DNA of 23,538 nucleotides from a virus (Duplodnaviria; Heunggongvirae; Uroviricota; Caudoviricetes): IMG/VR virus record IMGVR_UViG_3300045988_147287; one strand, 5' to 3'. Shown piece by piece: positions 1 to 7,854 of this stretch (position 1 is its first letter; each line of letters starts with the position of its first letter). The notes under the pieces were generated by a model. It saw only the letters and a program-made list of their open reading frames with translations, ran no database searches and was not told where the DNA came from. The position numbers and the translations under genes were made by a program.

Positions 1-31
1 ATCGCTTCAATTGGCTCTAGTTAACTCTGGT

Positions 32-1027
32 TTATGGACGCATTATGGACATTCCTGACACCGGGTTAAGAGTCACTGCATCTTGTAAGAAATCCGGTGC
101 AAAGTGTGCGTAGGTCATAGTTTGCTGAATGTTAGAATGACCCAGGATGCGCTGCAATGTGATTATGTTACCTCCATTCATTATAAAATGTGTGGCAAAT
201 GTATGCCTCAAAACATGCACTGCCTGTCCGTCAGGTAAATCGGGTTTTACTTCCCTGAGAGCGTTGCGCACTTTGTAGTAACTGGCATTAAAAAGCCTGC
301 CTGAATTTTTGGTCTTGATCCGTTTAATCAGGTCCTGCGAAACGGGAATTGTCCTGCGCTTTCCGTTTTTAGTTTTCATAAACGTAACCATCTGGTTAAT
401 GATGTGTTCAGCTTTTAAATTAGACACTTCACTCCAGCGTCCACCAGTAGAAAGGCAGACCAGAGTCGCATTTAATTCATCACCATCGAGCATGGATAAC
501 AGCCGTGTAATCTCTTCACTGGACAAAAAAGCCATTTCTGTAACAGCTTCACGTAATCGCTTAACCTCACGGAACGGGTTGTGAGAATGGTATTCACCGG
601 CGTCAATTAACTTGGTGAACATCCCGCTCATTATTGCCAGATGCCGATTTACGCTGGCTGGTTTTAGACCATCGTTCATCATTACAACGCGATAATCAGT
701 TATCGTTTTCTTTGTTAGCTGGTCAGCTCTGGACACTCCCATTTCTGCAAATTTGGCGATTATTGTCGTCAAACGCCCCCGTTCAATATCTCCACGCTCA
801 TGTGATTTTCCGTGATATATCCACCATCTGCCTAACAACTCTGTAAGAGTTCGGCGGTCGGCTGGCTTCTCCAGCCACTCTTTGTTGTGGTAGTTAACCA
901 GTACATGACGTTCGAATGCTTGAGCTTCACCTTTAGTTTTAAATTTCCGCCTGATACGTTTTCCATCTGCACCCTGCGGTCTGACGTCCACTTCATAACG
1001 ACCATCATCGAGCTTTTTAATAGACAT
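32..1027 (-). CDS. int: Tyrosine site-specific integrase (P2 Int-like), 331 aa
   Basis: ATG start at 1027 and TAA stop at 32-34; C-terminal region has R...HxxR...Y-type motifs (LRHTFATHF, TYAHF) typical of tyrosine recombinases; sits at the prophage edge next to repressor as in P2. Confidence 0.9.
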   Translation of the reverse strand: MSIKKLDDGRYEVDVRPQGADGKRIRRKFKTKGEAQAFERHVLVNYHNKEWLEKPADRRTLTELLGRWWIYHGKSHERGDIERGRLTTIIAKFAEMGVSRADQLTKKTITDYRVVMMNDGLKPASVNRHLAIMSGMFTKLIDAGEYHSHNPFREVKRLREAVTEMAFLSSEEITRLLSMLDGDELNATLVCLSTGGRWSEVSNLKAEHIINQMVTFMKTKNGKRRTIPVSQDLIKRIKTKNSGRLFNASYYKVRNALREVKPDLPDGQAVHVLRHTFATHFIMNGGNIITLQRILGHSNIQQTMTYAHFAPDFLQDAVTLNPVSGMSIMRP

Positions 1028-1120
1028 AAAGCCCTCCGATGACGCTGTTTACTTCTACTACTTGAAAATTAATGCAATTTTCTTTCGTACATTTACTGCA
1101 TACATATGCTGAATAAATCG

Positions 1121-1432
1121 TCAGCCAGTCTTTTGGTCTGAGTGGTGCAAGGTTGTTGAGTCTTGCCCAATGTGCGCGAGCGCCGGGGCTATTTGTCCGC
1201 CAGCGGGATCAGTTTCATCAAACATGAACCAGTCACGGTACTTGCGAAATCTTTCAGGCTTGAAAAATTTCATGCCTGCGTCAAAAGACATCTTTACTTT
1301 TCCCTGCTCATATCCAGCATAGGTGTTGTAGTTAATTCCAGTTAATTCAGCAACTTGCTTCCTTGTCATTCTTTCTGACTCCCGAATAAGTGCGAGTTTC
1401 TCTGCTTGAGATGTGATTTGTGTATTTGACAT
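1121..1432 (-). CDS. C: Immunity repressor (P2 C-like, HTH), 103 aa
   Basis: ORF-track start at 1480 is upstream of the first plausible ATG; ATG at 1432 gives MSNTQITSQAEKLALIRESERMTRKQVAELTGINYNTY, a helix-turn-helix signature; small size, divergent from cox and upstream of int as in P2. Confidence 0.75.
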   Translation of the reverse strand: MSNTQITSQAEKLALIRESERMTRKQVAELTGINYNTYAGYEQGKVKMSFDAGMKFFKPERFRKYRDWFMFDETDPAGGQIAPALAHIGQDSTTLHHSDQKTG

Positions 1433-1536
1433 GAATTGTCGTATCTCGTAATTTATGTTGTATGCGACACACCAGAACAACGCAGAGCGGCTTCAAATAG
1501 CTCTGGTTGAATGGCACCAAAGTTGAGGATATCAAA
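1433..1536. promoter_or_regulatory. Early control region between divergent C and cox (expected Pc/Pe promoters and repressor/Cox operators)
   Basis: Position only: 104-bp intergenic region between divergently transcribed repressor and cox-like genes; individual -35/-10 boxes and operators not resolved by eye. Confidence 0.4.
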
Positions 1537-1893
1537 ATGAGTATTGGATCAGAAATGAATAACGATGTTGGAGAAAAAGTATCTGATCTCACAAAAAGTA
1601 AAAAATGTGACATCAAACTTGCAGCCGCACCGTCGGATTTGCTCTCGAAAGAGGGATTTGCTCTTTACATCGGTAAGACGCCTCGTGCTGTTGCTGAAAT
1701 GGCGAAAGCAGGCAAGTTACCAGCCTTTTATATGACGGACCCATTAAAGCCGGGCGGTCATGCTGAGTTATGGATTAATCGCCGTGAGTGGGACAAGTAC
1801 GCAGCCCAACTAGTTGATGAAGCTCCGACAGAATGGCATGACTGGAAAAATCGCATTAGTTACAGCAAATCAAGACATGGCCGTGCGGCTTAA
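1537..1893 (+). CDS. cox: Cox/Apl-like excisionase and transcriptional regulator, 118 aa
   Basis: ORF-track start 1507 is TTG; first ATG at 1537 is preceded by GAGG. Segment IGKTPRAVAEMAKAGKLPAFYMTDP resembles the recalled P2 Cox DNA-binding region; first gene of the rightward early operon. Appears longer than P2 Cox (91 aa as recalled). Confidence 0.6.
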   Translation: MSIGSEMNNDVGEKVSDLTKSKKCDIKLAAAPSDLLSKEGFALYIGKTPRAVAEMAKAGKLPAFYMTDPLKPGGHAELWINRREWDKYAAQLVDEAPTEWHDWKNRISYSKSRHGRAA

Positions 1894-1903
1894 GGTGGAA
1901 AGG

Positions 1904-2074
1904 ATGAACGAGCCTCGTTGTATTGCTCAGTTATTGCGTAACGAAAGCCCCAGGGCGATTGACTTCACCATTACCCACGGTAAGGGGCGTAAGGGAATCA
2001 TTATCCGCACCAAAAAACAGAGTCCGTTAAAAAAGGCTCTGACCTTTCTGAAAAGCCGGAGGGTCTGGAAATGA
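1904..2074 (+). CDS. Small hypothetical early protein (positional analogue of P2 orf78), 56 aa
   Basis: ATG at 1904 preceded by AAGGTGGAAAGG RBS; the longer ORF-track form (1814) would overlap cox; basic C-terminus (KGRKGIIIRTKK). Confidence 0.35.
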   Translation: MNEPRCIAQLLRNESPRAIDFTITHGKGRKGIIIRTKKQSPLKKALTFLKSRRVWK

Positions 2075-2571
2075 CAGTGATGACGCTCAATCTCGTTGAA
2101 AAACAACCAGCAACTATGCGCCGGATAATTGGTAAGCATCTTGCCGTCCCTCGCTGGCAGGAGACATGTGATTATTATAATCAGATGATGGAGCGCGAAC
2201 GGCTAACGGTTTGCTTCCATGCACAGTTAAAACAGCGTCATGCAACGATGCGTTTTGAAGAAATGAACGACGTCGAACGTGAACGGCTGGTTTGTGCAAT
2301 TGATGAATTGCGTGGGGCATTCTCAAAACGCCGTCAGGTCGGTGCAAGTGAGTATGCATATATTAGCTTTTTAACTGTCAGTCAGCGCCGTACTTTATTT
2401 ATGCACGCACGACTGACAGAAAAAGAATTTAATCAGCCATACTGGCGAATTAATGAAGAGTCATGTTACTGGCGTGATGCTTTATTCCGTGCATTACGTG
2501 AATTATTCAGTCTGTTTGAATATGCACCGACAATTCTGACGTCGGTAAAACCAGAGCAATATCTGCATTAA
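2071..2571 (+). CDS. B: Replication protein B (P2 gpB-like), 166 aa
   Basis: ATG at 2071 with GGAG upstream; 166 aa equals recalled P2 B length; position between cox and A. Confidence 0.8.
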   Translation: MTVMTLNLVEKQPATMRRIIGKHLAVPRWQETCDYYNQMMERERLTVCFHAQLKQRHATMRFEEMNDVERERLVCAIDELRGAFSKRRQVGASEYAYISFLTVSQRRTLFMHARLTEKEFNQPYWRINEESCYWRDALFRALRELFSLFEYAPTILTSVKPEQYLH

Positions 2572-2593
2572 GTAATTAACCAAAGTTTTTAAC

Positions 2594-2620
2594 GCACTTA
2601 ATCGTGCGGGGCTTCTTTTT
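2594..2620 (+). terminator. Candidate rho-independent terminator after B
   Basis: Short hairpin CGCAC-TTAATC-GTGCG followed by GGGCTTCTTTTT T-run directly after the B stop. Confidence 0.3.
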
Positions 2621-2634
2621 GCCTGGAGAAAGTC

Positions 2635-2847
2635 ATGCATACAGTTTCTGAAAATCAGTGCGGTAAATACGCATTAATGCTGCAACAGGCCAGAACCGAA
2701 GCACAGGCCGATGCAGCAACGCGCTTTTCGTCTCATCTTGATGCCATGATTCGCCACATCACAAAGGCGGAGTTATCCCGCGTGGAGATAGTCGAGTTGC
2801 TCAGTCAGGAGTCTGCCAAATTCCATAATCTAGGACTCAATAAATAA
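2635..2847 (+). CDS. Hypothetical early protein (P2 orf80 position), 70 aa
   Basis: ATG at 2635 with GGAGAAAG RBS; in operon with B and A. Confidence 0.55.
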   Translation: MHTVSENQCGKYALMLQQARTEAQADAATRFSSHLDAMIRHITKAELSRVEIVELLSQESAKFHNLGLNK

Positions 2848-2861
2848 CAGGGAAGTTGGAG

Positions 2862-3107
2862 ATGACAAATACAAAATGGTTCAGGAAACGCTTAACAGAT
2901 TATCAACTTTCATTACTTAAAAAATTAGATGACAAGACTCCACTACATCCTTCAAGCGATGTCTTCCGCTCCTGTCCTAGTCGTGTGGAAAAAGCATTTA
3001 TAGCAATGGGGAAATGGGGGCTTGTGACCAAATCAAGAGAAGGTTTCTGTATTACCGATAATGGCCGGGAAATGATTGATTCTGCGGAGAGGGCATATAG
3101 CGAATGA
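2862..3107 (+). CDS. Hypothetical early protein (P2 orf81 position), 81 aa
   Basis: ORF-track start 2856 is TTG; ATG at 2862 preceded by GGAAG; stop overlaps next gene start. Confidence 0.5.
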   Translation: MTNTKWFRKRLTDYQLSLLKKLDDKTPLHPSSDVFRSCPSRVEKAFIAMGKWGLVTKSREGFCITDNGREMIDSAERAYSE

Positions 3108-3394
3108 AAAATATATTGCTTAATAACTGGCTGAAGATTTCAGTCATGAAAAATGGTGATTTGTCGCTAGCTGATATTAAACGCGATAAAAACACTGGGG
3201 ATATGGTGGAATCAACTATAGCCATTTATGCGGATAAATTAAATCTCCTGTCTGATGTGGTCAATTTACTTGTTAAACGCGCTGTATTTCATAAGCAAAT
3301 TTCATCCGTGGATGAACTGACAAAATTAACGACAGAAATCGCCAGCTATTGCGCTGATGAATTTAAGAAGCTGAACGACAAAAGGAGCTGGTAA
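3104..3394 (+). CDS. Hypothetical early protein, 96 aa
   Basis: ATG at 3104 overlapping the upstream stop; ends TAATG into the next gene (translational coupling). Confidence 0.5.
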   Translation: MKNILLNNWLKISVMKNGDLSLADIKRDKNTGDMVESTIAIYADKLNLLSDVVNLLVKRAVFHKQISSVDELTKLTTEIASYCADEFKKLNDKRSW

Positions 3395-3618
3395 TGCCGG
3401 ACAACGTAGATTTTATTCAGGAACAACAGGCTGAATTACTGGAGCGCCAGATTAACGCGGCAAGGGTAAAACATTGCGGTGTTTCTGCGCTGGTTTGCGA
3501 AGAGTGTGATGCGCTAATACCTGCTGCCCGTCGTGCGGCTTATCCGTCAGCCACGCGTTGTGTTTCCTGTCAGTCAGTCTTTGAAGCAAAAAACAAACAT
3601 TACCGGAGAATGGCATGA
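3394..3618 (+). CDS. TraR/DksA-family C4 zinc-finger protein, 74 aa
   Basis: CEEC-x17-CVSC motif (CxxC-N17-CxxC) in a ~70-aa protein; AAAGGAG RBS before ATG 3394; P2 carries a similar small zinc-finger ORF upstream of A. Confidence 0.7.
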   Translation: MPDNVDFIQEQQAELLERQINAARVKHCGVSALVCEECDALIPAARRAAYPSATRCVSCQSVFEAKNKHYRRMA

Positions 3619-3890
3619 GCATTCGTATTGAAATTGGCGAACGTTATGTGGTTACCAGTGACAGCTTCCAGTTTATTCTCCACGAGAAAAAGAGAGCGGA
3701 AAGCGGTAAAAACGCCGGTCAGGAGTGGCTGGCGGTGGTTGGTTATTACCCGAAATTAAGCCAGCTCGTTTCCGGCCTGATGCATCACGATATTCTGACC
3801 GGAAGCGCAAAATCTTTTGCCGATTTAAACGCGCAGGTTGAGCAACTCAGCAAGCGTTGCTCAGAGGCTTTTGGCTCACATGGCCGTTAA
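3615..3890 (+). CDS. Hypothetical early protein (P2 orf83 position), 91 aa
   Basis: ATG at 3615 overlaps the upstream stop (ATGA); ends 11 nt into gene A. Confidence 0.5.
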   Translation: MSIRIEIGERYVVTSDSFQFILHEKKRAESGKNAGQEWLAVVGYYPKLSQLVSGLMHHDILTGSAKSFADLNAQVEQLSKRCSEAFGSHGR

Positions 3891-6165
3891 AGCCTCCGGG
3901 CGTTTTGTCCCTCCGTCAGCATTTGCCGCAGGCACCGGTAAGGCGTTTACCGGTGCTTATGCATGGAACGCGCCACGCGAGGCCGTCGGGCGCGAAAGAC
4001 CCCTTACACGTGACGAGATGCGTCAGGTGCAAGGTGTTTTATCCACGATTAACCGCCTGCCTTACTTTTTGCGCTCGCTGTTTACTTCACGCTATGACTA
4101 CATCCGGCGCAATAAAAGCCCGGTGCACGGGTTTTATTTCCTCACATCCACTTTTCAGCGTCGTTTATGGCCGCGCATTGAGCGTGTGAATCAGCGCCAT
4201 GAAATGAACACCGACGCGTCGTTACTGTTTCTGGCAGAGCGTGACCACTATGCGCGCCTGCCGGGAATGAATGACAAGGAGCTGAAAAAGTTTGCCGCCT
4301 GTATCTCATCGCAGCTTTTCATGATGTATGAGGAACTCAGCGATGCCTGGGTGGATGCACATGGCGAAAAAGAATCGCTGTTTACGGATGAGGCGCAGGC
4401 TCACCTCTATGGTCATGTTGCTGGCGCTGCACGTGCTTTCAATATTTCCCCTCTCTACTGGAAAAAATACCGTAAAGGACAGATGACCACGAGGCAGGCA
4501 TATTCTGCCATTGCCCGTCTGTTTAACGATGAGTGGTGGACTCATCAGCTTAAAGGCCAGCGTATGCGCTGGCATGAGGCGTTACTGATTGCTGTCGGGG
4601 AGGTGAATAAAGACCGTTCTCCTTATGCCAGTAAACATGCCATTCGTGATGTGCGTGCACGCCGCCAGGCAAATCTGGAATTTCTTAAATCGTGTGACCT
4701 TGAAAACAGGGAAACCGGCGAGCGCATCGACCTTATCAGTAAGGTGATGGGCAGTATTTCTAATCCTGAAATTCGCCGGATGGAGCTGATGAACACCATT
4801 GCCGGTATTGAGCGTTACGCCGCCGCAGAGGGTGATGTGGGGATGTTTATCACGCTGACCACGCCGTCAAAGTATCACCCGACACGTCAGGTCGGAAAAG
4901 GCGAAAGTAAAACCGTCCAGCTTAATCACGGCTGGAATGATGAGGCATTTAATCCAAAGGATGCGCAGCGTTATCTCTGCCGTATCTGGAGCCTGATGCG
5001 CACGGCATTCAAGGATAATGATTTACAGGTCTACGGTTTGCGTGTCGTCGAGCCACACCACGACGGAACGCCGCACTGGCATATGATGCTTTTTTGTAAT
5101 CCACGCCAGCGTAACCAGATTATCGAAATCATGCGTCGCTATGCGCTCAAAGAGGATGGCGACGAAAGAGGAGCCGCGCGAAACCGTTTTCAGGCAAAAC
5201 ACCTTAACCGGGGTGGTGCTGCGGGGTATATCGCTAAATACATCTCAAAAAATATCGACGGCTATGCACTGGATGGTCAGCTCGATAACGATACCGGCAG
5301 GCCGCTTAAAGATACTGCCGCGGCTGTTACCGCATGGGCGTCAACGTGGCGCATCCCGCAATTTAAAACGGTTGGTCTGCCGACAATGGGGGCTTACCGT
5401 GAACTACGCAAATTGCCTCGTGGCGTCAGCATTGCTGATGAGTTTGACGAACGCGTCGAGGCTGCACGCGCCGCCGCAGACAGTGGTGATTTTGCGTTGT
5501 ATATCAGCGCGCAGGGTGGGGCAAATGTTCCGCGCGATTGTCAGACTGTCAGGGTTGCCCGTAGCCCGTCGGATGACGTTAACGAGTACGAGGAAGAAGT
5601 CGAGAGAGTGGTCGGCATTTACGCGCCGCATCTCGGCGCGCGTCATATTCATATCACCAGAACCACGGACTGGCGCATTGTTCCGAAAGTTCCGGTCGTT
5701 GAGCCTTTGACTTTAAAAAGCGGCATCGCCGCGCCTCGGAGTCCTGTCAATAACTGTGGAAAGCTCACCGGTGGTGATACTTCGTTACCGGCTCCCACAC
5801 CTTCTGAACACGCCGCAGCAGTGCTTAATCTGGTTGATGACGGTGTTATCGAATGGAATGACCCGGAGGTCGTGAGGGCGCTCAGAGGTGCATTAAAACA
5901 CGGACTGAGAACACCAAATCGTCAGCAAAGAAACGGAAGCCCGTTAAAACCGCATGAAATGGCACCATCGGCCAGACTGACCCGGCCGGAACGAATGCAA
6001 ATTACCCGTATCCGCGTTGACCTTGCTCAGAACGGTATCAGGCCGCAGCGATGGGAGCTTGAGGCGCTGGCGCGCGGGGCGTCTGTGATATACGACGGGC
6101 AGAAATTCACATATCCTGTTGCTGATGAGTGGCCGGGGGTTACTGGTATATATGAATGGGGGTAA
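3880..6165 (+). CDS. A: Rolling-circle replication initiation endonuclease (P2 gpA-like), 761 aa
   Basis: ORF-track start 3838 is TTG; ATG at 3880 gives MAVKASGRF... and exactly 761 aa (P2 gpA length); HUH-type motif (PHWHMMLF) and paired active-site tyrosines (YIAKYISK) of phiX174 A-type initiators. Confidence 0.9.
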   Translation: MAVKASGRFVPPSAFAAGTGKAFTGAYAWNAPREAVGRERPLTRDEMRQVQGVLSTINRLPYFLRSLFTSRYDYIRRNKSPVHGFYFLTSTFQRRLWPRIERVNQRHEMNTDASLLFLAERDHYARLPGMNDKELKKFAACISSQLFMMYEELSDAWVDAHGEKESLFTDEAQAHLYGHVAGAARAFNISPLYWKKYRKGQMTTRQAYSAIARLFNDEWWTHQLKGQRMRWHEALLIAVGEVNKDRSPYASKHAIRDVRARRQANLEFLKSCDLENRETGERIDLISKVMGSISNPEIRRMELMNTIAGIERYAAAEGDVGMFITLTTPSKYHPTRQVGKGESKTVQLNHGWNDEAFNPKDAQRYLCRIWSLMRTAFKDNDLQVYGLRVVEPHHDGTPHWHMMLFCNPRQRNQIIEIMRRYALKEDGDERGAARNRFQAKHLNRGGAAGYIAKYISKNIDGYALDGQLDNDTGRPLKDTAAAVTAWASTWRIPQFKTVGLPTMGAYRELRKLPRGVSIADEFDERVEAARAAADSGDFALYISAQGGANVPRDCQTVRVARSPSDDVNEYEEEVERVVGIYAPHLGARHIHITRTTDWRIVPKVPVVEPLTLKSGIAAPRSPVNNCGKLTGGDTSLPAPTPSEHAAAVLNLVDDGVIEWNDPEVVRALRGALKHGLRTPNRQQRNGSPLKPHEMAPSARLTRPERMQITRIRVDLAQNGIRPQRWELEALARGASVIYDGQKFTYPVADEWPGVTGIYEWG

Positions 6166-6524
6166 TTGTGAGAAAAATCTGTGTTATTGTTGGGTAGATT
6201 GCTGGGCTGTGGCTTTTCTTACTGCTTCTTTGTTGGGCGGGTGAGCAAGACCGCAAAGACAGTGAGGAACGGATAGCAACAGAGCTGAAAATCACGGCTG
6301 TTTTTATAAACAATAAGTGCATGGTGAAGGGGTATGGTTGCTTCGAAGGGAGGTGATCTATCTGACCAAAGAAAACGCCGTCGATGCTGAAACTCTCTTT
6401 CAGTGCTGGTCGGGATGAACAACGAGCCCGCGAGGCGTTAGCTATGACATGGGAAAAGTAAGATATCATTAGAATCAGAAATTTCGCGTATTGGTAATGT
6501 TTCCCAACGTCACGTTGAGGTGTT

Positions 6525-7460
6525 ATGAAGATTTATCTTGACCACAATATTTTGGACGACCTAAGCAAGAATAGAATGACCTTAGAAGTGCCTGATGACA
6601 CGATATGGGTTTATTCTGACGAAAACTTCAATGAAATAAAACGCGCTAGAGATATGCGATTTTTAGATGTGTTGAGACAGCTTAAAGCAAGAAAGTTGGA
6701 ACTCGAATTCGATAATCAATTTAGGCTTACCGGGCGTGCATTTCTTCATGATTATTGTGAGCCAAAGGATATGTATCAGCAGTGGCTTGATAACATCAAT
6801 GAAATCCATGTTGATGAATGCATACAATCACAAATGCAGTTTTTGATACGGTTAGCTGGCGCAGATAATTACAGTGAAATTCTTCATCAACATAATAAAT
6901 TAAAAGAGTTTCTTTATGCTCTCTTATCACCACATGACCTCATCACTGACGAAATTGAATCTCAGATAGAACAGGCAGTTGAAGACATTAAGTTAGTTAC
7001 TCACGGGCAATTACAGAATGCTCAAAGCCTGGTAACGTCACGTGCGGCAATCGGCACCGGTAACGGTAGGGCAAGTAACCTTTCAATAAAGGATAATCCC
7101 TTGAAGTTGATATGGGATATGTTGCGTGATAATTATCAGGGAATAACAATTGATCAATTCTATGGATTTGACCCACTGAATAAACAGGGTTATGAAGAGT
7201 GGCCTTTATATTTGGGAGTTGTAGGTTGCCATACTGTTCTTAATTTTCTGGGTTTCCACCCTGACAAGGGGCTTAACCGTATTGAAAAAATGCCTGGCAT
7301 TTTAAGTGATGCGAACCACACCGCTATGGCTATTTATTGTGATGCTATTTTGAGTAAAGACCAAAAATTTTGTGCCAAAGCGCGTGCGATTTTTGCATAT
7401 TTAGACTTGGATATTAGGGTTATTGAGGCTACACCAAATGATAAATTGTTAAGCAAATAG
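6525..7460 (+). CDS. Hypothetical cargo protein, 311 aa (tin/old position); function unknown
   Basis: ATG at 6525 with GAGG RBS 6 nt upstream; AT-rich relative to backbone; lies between A and cos where P2 carries old/tin; no motif I can assign confidently. Confidence 0.6.
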   Translation: MKIYLDHNILDDLSKNRMTLEVPDDTIWVYSDENFNEIKRARDMRFLDVLRQLKARKLELEFDNQFRLTGRAFLHDYCEPKDMYQQWLDNINEIHVDECIQSQMQFLIRLAGADNYSEILHQHNKLKEFLYALLSPHDLITDEIESQIEQAVEDIKLVTHGQLQNAQSLVTSRAAIGTGNGRASNLSIKDNPLKLIWDMLRDNYQGITIDQFYGFDPLNKQGYEEWPLYLGVVGCHTVLNFLGFHPDKGLNRIEKMPGILSDANHTAMAIYCDAILSKDQKFCAKARAIFAYLDLDIRVIEATPNDKLLSK

Positions 7461-7611
7461 CACGCTGGACAATACGGATGTTAGCAATGCCCGCATAGGG
7501 TGCATGATTTTGCATGCATAGATGTTGCCAGTTCTGGCCGTGCGCCGCCAGGACGGGCTTGGCTGAAAAGCGGTATTGCACCTGCATTAAAACCGCCCCA
7601 TGAAGCGGGCG

Positions 7612-7630
7612 GGCGAGGCGGGGAAAGCAC
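7612..7630 (+). other. cos site: 19-nt P2-type cohesive-end sequence GGCGAGGCGGGGAAAGCAC
   Basis: Exact 19-mer matching the P2 cohesive-end sequence as I recall it, embedded in a GC-rich noncoding block (about 7500-7640) with flanking small palindromes, located between the replication module and the Q/P packaging genes. Confidence 0.6.
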
Positions 7631-7854
7631 TGCGCGCTCCATTAACGACCATTACATAATACTATTAGCCTATGAATCGAGTCATGAGATGTTATCTTTA
7701 CGATTCAGGCGAGTGCTTTCGTTACGATGAGTTGGTTTAAGCACACTATCTGCACAAAAAATAATCTGTTGAAGCGATTCATCATTCCTAACTCTCTAGA
7801 GTCTTAAATAAAAATATGTAAAATGCGTAAAATTTTTTGAATTATGGATCAGCT

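Noticed and set aside
1814-2074. 86-aa long form of the small ORF after cox
   Set aside because: The long form overlaps the cox 3' end by 80 nt; an internal ATG at 1904 with a strong RBS gives a non-overlapping 56-aa product, which I annotated instead (still low confidence).
5141-5710. 189-aa plus-strand ORF in an alternative frame inside replication gene A, plus minus-strand ORFs 4306-4575 and 5404-5652
   Set aside because: Fully contained in gpA, whose frame gives a 761-aa protein with HUH and Tyr motifs; no RBS; Arg-rich junk-like translations.
6140-6469. 109-aa and 67-aa minus-strand ORFs in the A-to-cargo spacer
   Set aside because: No RBS, hydrophobic low-complexity translations, and opposite orientation to every neighbouring gene; treated as noncoding spacer.
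7500-7730. 76-aa plus-strand ORF spanning the cos block
   Set aside because: Covers the GC-rich cos region including the cohesive-end 19-mer; Gly/Arg/Ala-rich translation; more parsimoniously noncoding.
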